64,000 bases of DNA from Candidatus Krumholzibacteriia bacterium. GTDB lineage: Bacteria > Krumholzibacteriota > Krumholzibacteriia > LZORAL124-64-63. Below, piece after piece: positions 19,878 to 30,300 of this stretch (positions are counted from its first letter, which is position 1; the number at the start of each line of letters is the position of its first letter). The notes beneath the pieces are model-generated. The model had not been told where the DNA came from. It did not search any database and saw nothing but the letters and a program-made list of their open reading frames with translations. The position numbers and the translations under genes are program-made. The stretch covers positions 1-64,000 of the forward strand of contig JBFXKG010000004.1 in NCBI GenBank assembly GCA_050174015.1, written 5' to 3'.

Positions 19878-20286
19878 GCCGGACCCCAAGACGCTCGAGC
19901 TCGCGCTGGATCTGCTCGAAGCGCACGGGTTTGGCCAGGACCGCGTCGGCCTTGATCCAGGCCTGCTGGCCGCGGTCGTCGCGCGAGAACTCCAGGCCGG
20001 TCTCCGCGGTCACCCCGGTGACCAGGAGCACGGGGATCGCAGGGTCCAGCTGCTTGATCCGGTAGGCGAGGGTGAAGCCCCCGTCCATCCGGTCCATCAT
20101 CAGATCGACCACCGCCAGATCGGGCAACCGCTCGGCCAGCCGCTCGCCGGCTTCCTTCTCGTTCCCGGCGGTGATCACGGTGTAGCCCTCGCGCTCGAAG
20201 CGCAGGGCGAGCTGGTCCAGGAAGTCCCGGTCGTCGTCCACGAGCAGGACGCACGGAGCGCCCTTGGTTTCACGCGGGGTCGTCAT
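19870..20286 (-). CDS. Single-domain response regulator
   Basis: LLVDDD, VVDLMM, VTG, AKP. Confidence 0.92.
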   Translation of the reverse strand: MTTPRETKGAPCVLLVDDDRDFLDQLALRFEREGYTVITAGNEKEAGERLAERLPDLAVVDLMMDRMDGGFTLAYRIKQLDPAIPVLLVTGVTAETGLEFSRDDRGQQAWIKADAVLAKPVRFEQIQRELERLGVRHG

Positions 20287-22330
20287 GATTCCTCCCGTCG
20301 GGCCCGCCGCCGGGCAGCGGGGCGTTCCCGTTGCGGGCCGGCAGCGTGATGGTGAAGGTCGTCCCGGTGGGGCCGCGCCCGGGATCGTGATTCGAGACGG
20401 CGGCGATGTCGCCCCGGTGCATCTTGACGATGCCGTAGCTGACGGCCAGGCCCAGCCCCGTGCCCCGGCCGTTGCGGCGGGTGGTGAAGAAGGGTTCGAA
20501 CAACCGCGGCAGGACCTCCGGGGCGATGCCCGGACCGTTGTCCGTCACCGCGATGGCGACCCGGTCGCTCCCCTGGGGCGCGCTGGTGATGGTGATGCGG
20601 CCCCCCGGGGAATCGCCCAGGGCGGCGACCGCATTGTTCACCAGGTTGACCAGGACCTGACCCAGCTGGCCCGCATCGGCGGGGGCCTGCAGCCCGGGAA
20701 TCTCGTGCCGGACCGCCAGGGACACGTTGGGCGGCATCACGCAGCCGCGCAGGGCGCCGTCGATCAGGTCGCCCATGGCCACCGGCTGCAGGTCCACCTT
20801 GTTCTGGCGGGCGAAGTCCAGCAGCCCGGCCACGATGGACTTGCAGCGGTCGGCCTGGTCCGCGATGAGGGAGAGCTCCTCGCGCAACCGGGTGTCGCCC
20901 CCGCATTCGCGCTGCAGCAGGTGCGCGTAGAGGATCACCACTCCCAGGGGATTGTTGACCTCGTGGGCGATGCCGGCCGCCAGCTGGCCCATGCTGGCCA
21001 GCCGCTCCGAGTGCATCAACTGCTCCTGGGTGCTGGCCAGCTCCTGGTGGGATTCGTGCAGCTGATCGACGGTGCTGCGCAGCCGGTCGATGACGTAGGG
21101 CAGGCACATCTCGCTCTCGGCCATGCCCTTGAAGATCGCCACGGCGTGGGCCCGGCAGGTCTCGTAGCCGCAGGCCCGGCAGTTCAGCTCGTCCGTGTGG
21201 TCGAGCTTGCCCATGCGGGCCAGGATCTGGTCGATCTCGGACTCGCTGGGCTCGCGCATCCGGCGATCGTCCGGCGCGAAATCCCGGATCAGGTCGAGGT
21301 CTGCGCAGCGGTCCATCCAGCCCTGCCAATGCATCGGATCGTGTTCCCTCTGCCGGGCCTTCACGTAGCGGCTGATGCGCGCGCGGCGGCGGAACATCGG
21401 CTCGGCCGTGGTCATGCCCGCCCCCATGATGCAGCCGTTGCAGCAGAGGATGTCCAGCAGCTCGGCGTCCAGGTCCCCGGCCTCGAACTCGCGGATCGCC
21501 TCGGGGAAGTACTGCCGGCCGTCCGCGCTGACCACGTGGCCGGTGGCGAGGTCCTCGCTCATTCCCGCCGCCTGCACCAGGCCCCGGGACAGGGGAAACA
21601 CAGCGCCCAGCCCGGCGCGGGGAGCGTCGAAGGCCGCCGGCGGCGCCGTCCTTCCGTCCACGTCCAGGCGGGCGGCAAGCTTCCTGAGTTCGCGGAAGGT
21701 CAGGGCCGCCGCCACCGCCCCGTCGCCGTCCTGGCGCGCGGCCTCCCCCTTCTTGGCGATGCAGGGTCCGATGAACACCACCTGGAGGTTCCTGCCGAAG
21801 AGCCTGTGCAGGACCTTGGCGCTGGCGACCATGGGCGACACCAGCGGCAGGAGGGAGGCCGTCAGTTCGGGGTGATAGTACTCGACGTAGGACACGATGG
21901 CCGGGCAGCTGGTGGAGATCCAGTGGCCGCCGGGGTGGTCGGCCAGGTGGGCCCGGGTCGCCGCCGCCACCAGATCGGCGCCGAAGCCGACCTCGTGCAC
22001 CACGTCGAATCCCATGGCCCGCAGCATCCCCGCGAAACGGTCCTCGCCCAGGTCGGGAAAGTCGGCGGGGAACGAAGGCGCCACGGCCGCAGCCACCGGA
22101 TCGGGGCCCGCCAGCAGCCGCTCGACCGCGTCCAGCGAGTCGTAGACCAGCTTGGCGTCCTGGCTGCAGACCTCCACGCAGTTGCCGCAGCCGATGCAGC
22201 GCTCGTGGATGACCTGGGCTTGCCCGTCCGCGATGCGGATGGCCTTGGCCGGACACTCCCGCACGCAGGTGTAGCAGGTGCGGCAACGCTCTGCGATGGT
22301 GGTGACCAGGGCGATGCTTCCGGGCTCCAT
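20270..22330 (-). CDS. Putative sensory (group C-like) [FeFe]-hydrogenase fused to histidine kinase
   Basis: 2x CxxCxxCxxxC; ISTSCP, GPCIAKKGE, DILCCNGCIMG; NCRACGYETC..C FeS module; AHEVNNP, DNGPGI, GTGLGL. Confidence 0.9.
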   Translation of the reverse strand: MEPGSIALVTTIAERCRTCYTCVRECPAKAIRIADGQAQVIHERCIGCGNCVEVCSQDAKLVYDSLDAVERLLAGPDPVAAAVAPSFPADFPDLGEDRFAGMLRAMGFDVVHEVGFGADLVAAATRAHLADHPGGHWISTSCPAIVSYVEYYHPELTASLLPLVSPMVASAKVLHRLFGRNLQVVFIGPCIAKKGEAARQDGDGAVAAALTFRELRKLAARLDVDGRTAPPAAFDAPRAGLGAVFPLSRGLVQAAGMSEDLATGHVVSADGRQYFPEAIREFEAGDLDAELLDILCCNGCIMGAGMTTAEPMFRRRARISRYVKARQREHDPMHWQGWMDRCADLDLIRDFAPDDRRMREPSESEIDQILARMGKLDHTDELNCRACGYETCRAHAVAIFKGMAESEMCLPYVIDRLRSTVDQLHESHQELASTQEQLMHSERLASMGQLAAGIAHEVNNPLGVVILYAHLLQRECGGDTRLREELSLIADQADRCKSIVAGLLDFARQNKVDLQPVAMGDLIDGALRGCVMPPNVSLAVRHEIPGLQAPADAGQLGQVLVNLVNNAVAALGDSPGGRITITSAPQGSDRVAIAVTDNGPGIAPEVLPRLFEPFFTTRRNGRGTGLGLAVSYGIVKMHRGDIAAVSNHDPGRGPTGTTFTITLPARNGNAPLPGGGPDGRNHDDPA

Positions 22331-22333
22331 CGG

Positions 22334-24055
22334 CTACCTCAACGGGGTTCGCGCCTCGTAGTGCGTGTGCAGGAGTTCGTGGCTGAGTCCGGACAGCGGT
22401 TCCCCCAGGAAGTCGGCGTAGAGACTGCGGACGGCCGGGTTGGCGTGGGCGGTGCGGACGGATTCGCCCTTGTCGATGCGGTACAGCGCCCGCATGCGCG
22501 CGGTGATGGCCCCGGGACTGGTCCCGATGGGCTGCCCGCCGCCGTTGATGCAGCCCCCCGGGCAGGTCATCACCTCGACGAAGTGGATGTCCCGGCGGCC
22601 CTCCCGGATCTCGTCGAGCAGCCTCCGGGCGTTGCCCAGCCCGCTGACCACGGCCACCCCCAGCTCCAGCTCGCCCACCCGGACCCGGGCCCGCTTGATC
22701 CCCTCGGGCCCACGCACCGGCTCGACCGTCAGGTCCTCCAGCTCGCGTCCGGTCACCAGGAAGTGGGCCGTGCGGATGGCGGCCTCGGTGACGCCTCCCG
22801 ACGCCCCGAAGAGCTTGCCGGCCCCCGACCGCCGGCCGAACGGCATGTCCGCCGGCTCGGGCGCCTGATCCCCGAGCTTCAGGCCGCGGCGGCGAACCAG
22901 TTCGGCCAGCTCGCGGGTGGTCAGCACGGCGTCCACGTCCACCAGCCCCCCGCGCAGCATCTCCGACCGGCCGGCCTCGAACTTCTTGGCGGTGCAGGGC
23001 ATGATCGACACGCTGTAGATGCGCGCCGGATCGATCCCCTGGATCCCGGCGAACCGGCTCTTGATGACGGCGCCCAGCATCTGCTGGGGGCTCTTGCAGG
23101 TGGACAGGTTGGGGATCAGATCGGGGTAGAAGGTCTCGACGAACTTGATCCAGCCCGGCGAACAGCTCGTCATCATGGGCAGGGGTCCGGCGCCCTGCAG
23201 GCGGTCCACCAGCTCGCTGGCTTCCTCCATCACCGTCAGGTCGGCGCTGAAGGAGGTGTCGAACACCCGCGCGAAGCCCAGCCGGCGCAGCAGGGCGTTC
23301 AGGGCTCCGTCCACGTCCCGGCCGGGCTTTTCGCCGAACAGCTCGGCCAGGGAGACCGAGATCGCCGGCGCCACCTGCACCACCGGCACCAGGTCCGGAT
23401 CCTGCAGGGCGGACTCGACCTGGTCGAGGTGCGACCGCTCGGTCAAGGCCCCGGTGGGGCAGACCATCACGCACTGCCCGCAGTTGATGCAGCTGGAGAT
23501 GTTCAGGCCCTCCCCGAAGGCGGTGTCGACCCGGGTCCCGCTGCCACGGCCGGTGAAGTCGATGGCGGCGACGCTCTGGACCTCGGCGCAGGCACGAATG
23601 CACCTGCCGCAGAGGATGCACTTGTCGGGATCGCGGACGATGGCGGGGCTGGAGATGTCCCGCGGCAGGCGGGTGCGCGAACCGGGCAGGCGGCGCTGGC
23701 GCACGCCCAGATCCTCCGAGAGATCCTGCAGGCGGCAGTTGCCGTGCCGGGCGCAGTAGAGGCAGTCGTCGGGATGGTTGCTCAGCAGCAGCTCGACGAT
23801 GGTCTTGCGCGCCCGCACCGCCCGCGGCGAATGGGTCTGGACCCTCATGCCCTCGGACACCGGGTACGAGCAGCTGGGCACCAGGTTGGGCGCCCCCTCG
23901 ACCTCCACCACGCACAGGCGGCAGCTGCCCGTGGGCGGCAGACCTTCGTAGTGGCACAGGGTGGGCACCTGGATCCCGGCCCGGCGCAAGGCCTCCAGCA
24001 AGGTCTCTCCCTCGCGCGCAGCGACCTGGCGGCCGTTGACCTCGATCATGGGCAT
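22334..24055 (-). CDS. hydA: Trimeric [FeFe]-hydrogenase catalytic subunit (group A3-like)
   Basis: TSCSPGW, MPCTAKKFE, EVMTCPGGCINGGGQ; N-terminal 2Fe-2S and 4Fe-4S motifs. Confidence 0.95.
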   Translation of the reverse strand: MPMIEVNGRQVAAREGETLLEALRRAGIQVPTLCHYEGLPPTGSCRLCVVEVEGAPNLVPSCSYPVSEGMRVQTHSPRAVRARKTIVELLLSNHPDDCLYCARHGNCRLQDLSEDLGVRQRRLPGSRTRLPRDISSPAIVRDPDKCILCGRCIRACAEVQSVAAIDFTGRGSGTRVDTAFGEGLNISSCINCGQCVMVCPTGALTERSHLDQVESALQDPDLVPVVQVAPAISVSLAELFGEKPGRDVDGALNALLRRLGFARVFDTSFSADLTVMEEASELVDRLQGAGPLPMMTSCSPGWIKFVETFYPDLIPNLSTCKSPQQMLGAVIKSRFAGIQGIDPARIYSVSIMPCTAKKFEAGRSEMLRGGLVDVDAVLTTRELAELVRRRGLKLGDQAPEPADMPFGRRSGAGKLFGASGGVTEAAIRTAHFLVTGRELEDLTVEPVRGPEGIKRARVRVGELELGVAVVSGLGNARRLLDEIREGRRDIHFVEVMTCPGGCINGGGQPIGTSPGAITARMRALYRIDKGESVRTAHANPAVRSLYADFLGEPLSGLSHELLHTHYEARTPLR

Positions 24056-25965
24056 GTCCGTCTCCCCGCCGCGGTCGAGACCGCCCCGCGGCGGCAGGCC
24101 TCGAGGCACGAACCGCAGGCGATGCACGCGGTCTGGTCGATGACGTGGGGCTCGCGCGGATCCCCGTGGATGGCGTCCACCGGACAGGCCCCGGCGCAGC
24201 GGGTGCAGCCGTTGCAGAGGGCCGGATCGATGGCGTAGGTCAGCAGCTCGGCGCAGACCCCGGCCGGGCAGCGGCGTTCGAAGATGTGGGCCTCGTACTC
24301 GTCGCGGAACCACCGCAGGGTGCTCAGCACCGGGTTGGGCGCGGTCTGGCCCAGCCCGCACAGGGCGCTGTCCTTGATGACCCCGGCCAGTTCCTCCAGG
24401 TGCACCACGCCCTGGAAACGCTCCAGCGCCTGGTGGTCGTGCTCGCGGCGCGGATGGCGGGTGATGCTCTGGAGGATCTCCAGCATGTGGCGCGTTCCCT
24501 CGCGGCAGGGGATGCACTTGCCGCAGCTCTCGCGCTGGATGAAGTCCATGAAGAACTTCGCGACGTCCACCATGCAGTTGTCCTCGTCCATCACCACCAG
24601 CCCCCCGGACCCCATCATGGCGCCCAGGGTCCTGATCGACTCGTAATCGACCGGGACGTCCAGGCGGTCGGCGGGGATGCAGCCCCCGGAGGGTCCGCCG
24701 ATCTGGACGGCCTTGAGCCTCTTGCCTCCGGGCGCGCCCCCGCCCACGTCCGCGACCACCGTCTGCAGGCTGGTGCCCATGGCCACCTCGACCAGGCCGG
24801 TGCGGCTCACCTTGCCGGACAGGGCGAACACCTTGGTGCCCTTGCTGCCGGCGGTGCCCAGGGCGGCGAAGGCCTCGGGCCCCCGTGCCAAAAGTTCGGG
24901 CAGGTTGGCCAGGGTCTCGACGTTGTTGATCACCGTCGGCGCCCCGAACAACCCCCTGGTGACCGGATAGGGCGGCCGCGGGCCCGGCATGCCCCGGCGT
25001 CCCTCGATGCTGGCGATCAGCGCGGTCTCCTCGCCGCAAACGAACGCCCCGGCGCCCTTCTTGAGACGGATCTCCAGGTCCACCCCCGAACCCAGGACGT
25101 CGTGCCCCAGCAGACCCGCGCGGCGCGCCTGCTCCAGGGCGTTGTCGAGATGTCCGATGGCCAGGGGGTACTCGGCCCTGATGTAGACGTAGGCCTTGGT
25201 CGCCCCGACGGCGTAGGCGGCGATCGCCATGCCCTCCACCAGCCGGTGCGGGTCGCCCTCGATCACGGCGCGGTCCATGAAGGCGCCCGGATCCCCTTCG
25301 TCGGCGTTGCAGATCAGGTACTTCTGGGTCGCCGGCGTTTCCAGGGCGAAGCGCCACTTGCGGCCGGTGGGGAAGCCTCCGCCGCCCCGGCCCCTCAGGC
25401 CGCTGCGCTCGACCAGTTCGCAGACTTCGCGCGGCTGCAGGGATCCGAGCACCGACCGGAACGCCGCGTAGCCGCCCCGGGCCAGGTACTCGTCCAGGCT
25501 CCGCGGATCGATCAGCCCGCAGTTCTTGAGCACCCAGCGGGTCTGGGGGGCGAAGAAGGGATGGTCCCCGATGGCGATGACGCCGTCCCAGGGGGTGTGG
25601 CCCTCGGCGGGAAACTGGAAGAGCGGCAGTTCGGGCCAGGCCCCGCCGCCCAGCACCGAAGCGAGGATGGCCTCGGCCTTGTCCGGATCCACGTCGCCGA
25701 AGCAGAGGCGGGCCCTGCCCGGCAGCTGGACGTCCAGCAGGGGTTCGGATGCGCACAGGCCGATGCAGCCCACCTCGACGACGTCCAGGTCCCAGCCCCG
25801 CTCACCGGCGAGTCCCTTGACCCGCGCGAGGGTGCGGCCCGCCCCGGCGCCCAGGCCGCAGGTCCCGGTGCCCACCAGGACCACCGGACGCACCACGGTG
25901 TCGCGGCGCAGACGCCTGATCGCGGCGGGGTCCCCGACCGGCGTGAAGGAGATCGGACCGATCAT
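24046..25965 (-). CDS. hydB: NuoF-like NADH/FMN subunit HydB
   Basis: GRGGGGFPTG, ADEGDPGAFMDR, CGEETAL, SCGKCIPC, C-terminal 2x4Fe-4S. Confidence 0.93.
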   Translation of the reverse strand: MIGPISFTPVGDPAAIRRLRRDTVVRPVVLVGTGTCGLGAGAGRTLARVKGLAGERGWDLDVVEVGCIGLCASEPLLDVQLPGRARLCFGDVDPDKAEAILASVLGGGAWPELPLFQFPAEGHTPWDGVIAIGDHPFFAPQTRWVLKNCGLIDPRSLDEYLARGGYAAFRSVLGSLQPREVCELVERSGLRGRGGGGFPTGRKWRFALETPATQKYLICNADEGDPGAFMDRAVIEGDPHRLVEGMAIAAYAVGATKAYVYIRAEYPLAIGHLDNALEQARRAGLLGHDVLGSGVDLEIRLKKGAGAFVCGEETALIASIEGRRGMPGPRPPYPVTRGLFGAPTVINNVETLANLPELLARGPEAFAALGTAGSKGTKVFALSGKVSRTGLVEVAMGTSLQTVVADVGGGAPGGKRLKAVQIGGPSGGCIPADRLDVPVDYESIRTLGAMMGSGGLVVMDEDNCMVDVAKFFMDFIQRESCGKCIPCREGTRHMLEILQSITRHPRREHDHQALERFQGVVHLEELAGVIKDSALCGLGQTAPNPVLSTLRWFRDEYEAHIFERRCPAGVCAELLTYAIDPALCNGCTRCAGACPVDAIHGDPREPHVIDQTACIACGSCLEACRRGAVSTAAGRRTCP

Positions 25966-26432
25966 GCGACGGCCCCCTCCCGCCGGTATTCGCGAAGGAT
26001 CTCCACCACCGATTCGGGCGTGACCTCACCATGCACCTGGCCGTTGACCGCCATCAGGGGGGCCAACCCGCAGGCGCCCAGGCAGGAAACGACCTCGAGG
26101 CTGAACAGGCCGTCCCGCGAGGTCTCGCCATCCTCGATCTTCAGGGTGCGCTTGATGGCCGCGAAAACGCCCAGGGAACCCTTGACGTGGCACGCCGTCC
26201 CCCGGCACACCTGGACGTGGAAGCGGCCCCTGGGCTGGAACCGGAACTGATTGTAGAAGGTCGCCACTCCGTAGATCCTGCTGGCCGGCAGGTCGAGGTG
26301 GGCTCCCAGCTCGGCCACCGCAGAACGGGAGATGTAGCCCTCGGCTTCCTGGACTTCCTGCAGCAGGGGGATCAGGGCGTCGCGCCCGGCTCCGGGATGC
26401 GCGGCGATGATGTCGGGCACCGTCCTGCTCAC
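25962..26432 (-). CDS. hydC: NuoE-like 2Fe-2S subunit HydC
   Basis: VATFY, CRGTAC, CLGAC. Confidence 0.93.
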   Translation of the reverse strand: MSRTVPDIIAAHPGAGRDALIPLLQEVQEAEGYISRSAVAELGAHLDLPASRIYGVATFYNQFRFQPRGRFHVQVCRGTACHVKGSLGVFAAIKRTLKIEDGETSRDGLFSLEVVSCLGACGLAPLMAVNGQVHGEVTPESVVEILREYRREGAVA

Positions 26433-27079
26433 ACCGTCACGCCCTTGCCGCAGCAGCCGAAGAAGGCCGCCCGCACCAGGGAGATCCCGATGTCGGTATC
26501 CTCGACGTAGATCCCGTCGGGGACGTGCAGCCGGTTGGGGGTGAAGTTCAGGATGCTGCGTACGCCTGCCGACACCAGCCGATCAGCCCCGTTCTGGGCC
26601 TCGTTCTCCGGCACCGCGAGGATGGCCATGCGGATGTCCTGGTCCCTCACCGTGGCCTCGAGGTCCCCCAGACCCAGGATGGGGATCCCGTGCAGCCGGC
26701 TGCCCACCAGGAAGATGTCCGAATCGAAGGCGGCGACCAGCTCCATCCGGGGGTGATTGCGCTGGAAGAATTGCAGGATGGCCCGACCCAGGTTCCCCGT
26801 TCCGATGAGGATGACCCGCGCCTCGTCCGCCACTCCCACCTTCTCGTGGATCGCCTCGGCGAGTTTGTCCACCTCGTAACCGTGCTGGGCGCTGCCCTGG
26901 TAGCCGATGCCCATGATGTCCTGACGGACCTGGGACGGGGTCACGCCAGCACTCCAGGCCAACTCCCGCGAATAGACCCAGCCCACGCCGCGCGCTCCCA
27001 GATCCTGCAGGAAACGCAAGTAGAGGCACAATCTGCCGATGACCCTGGGGCTCGTTCCCGTCGCGTTTCTCGTCCTCAC
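26429..27079 (-). CDS. rex: Redox-sensing repressor Rex
   Basis: RLCLYLR..VRQD wHTH, GYEV, IGTGNLG, ILNF. Confidence 0.93.
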   Translation of the reverse strand: MRTRNATGTSPRVIGRLCLYLRFLQDLGARGVGWVYSRELAWSAGVTPSQVRQDIMGIGYQGSAQHGYEVDKLAEAIHEKVGVADEARVILIGTGNLGRAILQFFQRNHPRMELVAAFDSDIFLVGSRLHGIPILGLGDLEATVRDQDIRMAILAVPENEAQNGADRLVSAGVRSILNFTPNRLHVPDGIYVEDTDIGISLVRAAFFGCCGKGVTV

Positions 27080-27107
27080 CTCGACCCTCCCTGTTCAAGC
27101 CCGAACG

Positions 27108-27125
27108 TTGTCAAACAATTAACAT
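27108..27125. promoter_or_regulatory. Rex operator
   Basis: TTGTCAA-ACAA-TTAACAT upstream of rex. Confidence 0.75.
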
Positions 27126-27176
27126 ATGAGCTCCATGGGGAAACTTATGAAGGAATGTGGGCGGGTCAAGAAATAA

Positions 27177-27194
27177 ATGTTAAAAATTTGACAA
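27177..27194. promoter_or_regulatory. Rex operator (inverted copy of 27108..27125)
   Basis: ATGTTAA-AAAT-TTGACAA. Confidence 0.75.
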
Positions 27195-27334
27195 TTTGGA
27201 GACAATTGGTTTTCATCCCGTCGGCCGAGACCGGGACGGCCTTTCAAAAGTCCATGAACTCGCTGTATTTCAATGGCTTATGCTGAATTCACAAATGATT
27301 TCAGGCGTCCCCCGAGCCCATCCGCCGCGCAAGC

Positions 27335-27361
27335 AAAGGCCCCCGCGCCTGCAGGGGCCTT
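27335..27361 (-). terminator. Hairpin terminator after VPS10-like gene
   Basis: AAGGCCCC...GGGGCCTT followed by TTTGCTT on minus strand. Confidence 0.55.
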
Positions 27362-27388
27362 GCCATTCCGGCCTCCGGTTGCCGGGTG

Positions 27389-30300
27389 TCACTCCCGGTT
27401 CCTGAACTCCTCCTCCGTGAGTACCCGGACCGGCGCCAGGCCCGCCGCCGTCAGGCGGGCGTTCAGGCCGTCCAGCCGGGCCCCGGCCAGTTCGCCGAAC
27501 CGCCGGTCGGCGCCTTCGATCTCCGTGCGGAACACCTCCAGGCGGTCCACCTGGGATTGCGTCGGCCGTCCGCCGAAGCCGCTCACCGCGGCGTACAGCC
27601 TCACCACGTTCTCCCGCAACCGCCGCTGCCCGCTGATGCCCTGCACTTCTTCGGTCACCACCAGGTCCCCGTGCAGGACGTCGAGTTCGTCCGCGAGGGC
27701 GCGCAGATCGGCGGCGAGGGCCTCGCCCGCCGCCGGGTCGTCCGCCCGGGCCAGCACGGTGTCGCGCACCGAAGTCACAGCGTCGGCGACGTAGGCCAGG
27801 CGGGCCAGCATGCCGTAGAGTTCCTGGACGAGGTGCTGCTGCTCGGCGCGGTCCGCTCGGGAGTGCGGGTAATCCTCGTCGTAGGTCACCGCGACCGTGC
27901 CCTCGTGGACCTCCTTGCCCTTGGTCAACCGGTAGGTGTACACCCCCTCGGGAGCGGCGGGCCCCACCGCGCCGGCGTACGAGGTCGCCGGATCGAGGGC
28001 CGGCGACGGGGCCACCTTGGGCGGCTTGAGTCGCGGCGACCAGCTGACGATGTTCAGCCCCTTGCGCTTGCTGCCGGGCAGGACCTTGAGCAGTTCGCCT
28101 TCGGGAGTGAAGATTTCGAGCTTCATCTCGCCGAACATGTGCCGCTTCTTCAGGTAGTAGACCATCCGGGCGGACCGGTCGGGATTGCCGGCGACGTAGT
28201 AGCCGTCCCCCGGGGAGAAGGACTTCCACACGGGAGTGCTGAGCACCGCGGGACTGGACACGAGGATAGCCACCTCCGCCTCCAGCACCGGGGCGGTGAT
28301 CTGGCGCAGGGGCGCAAGGTCGTCCAGGACCCAGACACCCCGGCCGTGGGTGCCGATCACCAGGGATCCCGTGCGCTCCTGGAAGACCAGGTCGTTGACC
28401 GGCACCGGCGGGAACTCCTCCTCGAAACGGGCCCAGTGGCGGCCCCTGTCCAGGGTGACGTACAGGCCGTGCTCCGTGCCCAGGAACAGCAGGTCCGGAT
28501 TCACCGGATCCTGGCGGATCACGTGCGCGTAACCGGTGATGTCGCCGGCGGTCAGGTCCTCCCAGGTTTCTCCGCCGTCTCCGGTCGCGTAGACGTAGGT
28601 CGCCATGTCGCCGTTCCGGTGGCCGTCGCAGGTGACGAAGGCCACCTCGTCATCGAACCGCGAGGGTTCCACGCAACTGATCCAGGTCGCTGGCGGCAGC
28701 CCCGGCAACCGGCCGCTCAGCTCGGTGAACCGGCGGCCGCCATCGGTGGTCAGCTGCAGGTTGCCGTCGTCCGTCCCCACCCAGATCACGTCCGGGTCCA
28801 GGGGGGATGGCCCGATGGTGAAGATCGTGCAGTGGTTCTCGGCGGTGGTGTTGTCGATGGTCAGGCCGCCCGACTCCTCCTGCCGAAGCTTCTGCGGGTC
28901 GTCGGTGGTCAGGTCGCCCGACAGCCTCTCCCAGGACTCGCCCCGGTCGCGGCTGACGTGCAGGAACTGGGATCCGGTGAACAGCCGCGCCCGCTTGCCG
29001 CCCGTGGTCACCACGGGGGTGTTCCAGTTCCAGCGGAACTCGGGTTCGCCGGCGCCGGGCAGGGGCTTGACGTCCTTGCTCTCGCCGGTGCGCAGGTCCA
29101 TGCGGTTGAGGTTGCCGCCCTGCCACTCCCAGTACACCAGGTCCTGGTCGGTCCGGTCGATGGCCACGGCGAATCCGTCGCCCCCGCCCAGGTTCTCCCA
29201 GTCGCCGTTCTCGATGCCGCTGGGCGAACGCGAGGGGGCGTACCAGCTGCCGTTGTCCTGCAGACCGCCGTAGATGCGGAAGGGCCGGCGGTCGTCCACC
29301 GCGACGCGGTAGAACTGGGACACCGGGAGGTTGGCCGCGTGCTGCCAGCCGTCCCCGCGGTTGTAGGTCGTGTACACCCCGCCGTCGTTGCCGGCGATCA
29401 TGTGCGTCGGATCGTCCGGATCGATCCACAGGGCGTGCTGGTCCACGTGCATCCAGCCGCCGAGGCCCCCGAAGGTCTTGCCTCCGTCCCTGGTGACCAG
29501 GAGCGGCTGGCTGGTCTTGTAGCAACGGTCGGGATCCCGGGGATCGGCGATCAGCAGATGGAAGTAGAAGGGGCGGCCCTTGACCCCCTCCTGGGTGTTG
29601 ACCTTCTCCCAGGCGGCGCCGGCGTCGTCGCTGCGGTAGAAGGCGGATTCCGCGGATTCGACGGCCGCATAGATGCGATCGGGATCCACCGGGCTGACCG
29701 CGATGGCGATGCGGCCCAGTTCACCCTCGGGCATGCCGTCGCGCAGCTCGGTCCAGGTGGCGCCGCCGTCGGAGCTCTTGTAGAGGCCGCTGCCCGGGCC
29801 GCCGGAGCGGAAGGTGTAGGGCAGCCTCCGGAAGTCCCACATCGCAGCATAAAGCACGGCCGGATCCCGCGGATCCATGGCGATGTCGCTGCAGCCGGTG
29901 TTCCCGTCGACGAAGAGGATCCTCTCCCAGGTCGCGCCCGAATCGGTGGTGCGGTACAGGCCGCGCTGGTCGTTCGCGTTCCAGAGATGGCCCAGCACCG
30001 CGACGTAGACCGTGGCAGGATCCGTGGGATGGATGACGATCTCGGCGATGCGCTCGCTGTCCTGCAGACCCATGCGCGTCCAGGTGTCGCCGCCGTCGGT
30101 GGTCCGGTACACGCCGTCGCCCACCGAGACGCTGTTGCGCACCCAGACCTCGCCCGTGCCCACCCAGACCGTGTCGGGACGCGCCTGGTCGATGGTGATC
30201 GCCCCGATGGACTGGTTGTGCTCGTCGAAGACCGGCTTGAAGGTGACCCCGCCGTTGCGGCTCCTCCAGACGCCGCCCGATGCGGCGCCCACCAAGATGG

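Noticed and set aside
20264..24238. Very long opposite-strand or alternate-frame ORFs (also 16384..19359, 27386..30550, 36891..40061, 52369..55620)
   Set aside because: Shadow ORFs of real genes in high-GC DNA; no recognisable motifs.
24046..26432. Complex I nuoEF
   Set aside because: Adjacent H-cluster subunit and hydEFG, with no membrane nuo genes, indicate HydBC.
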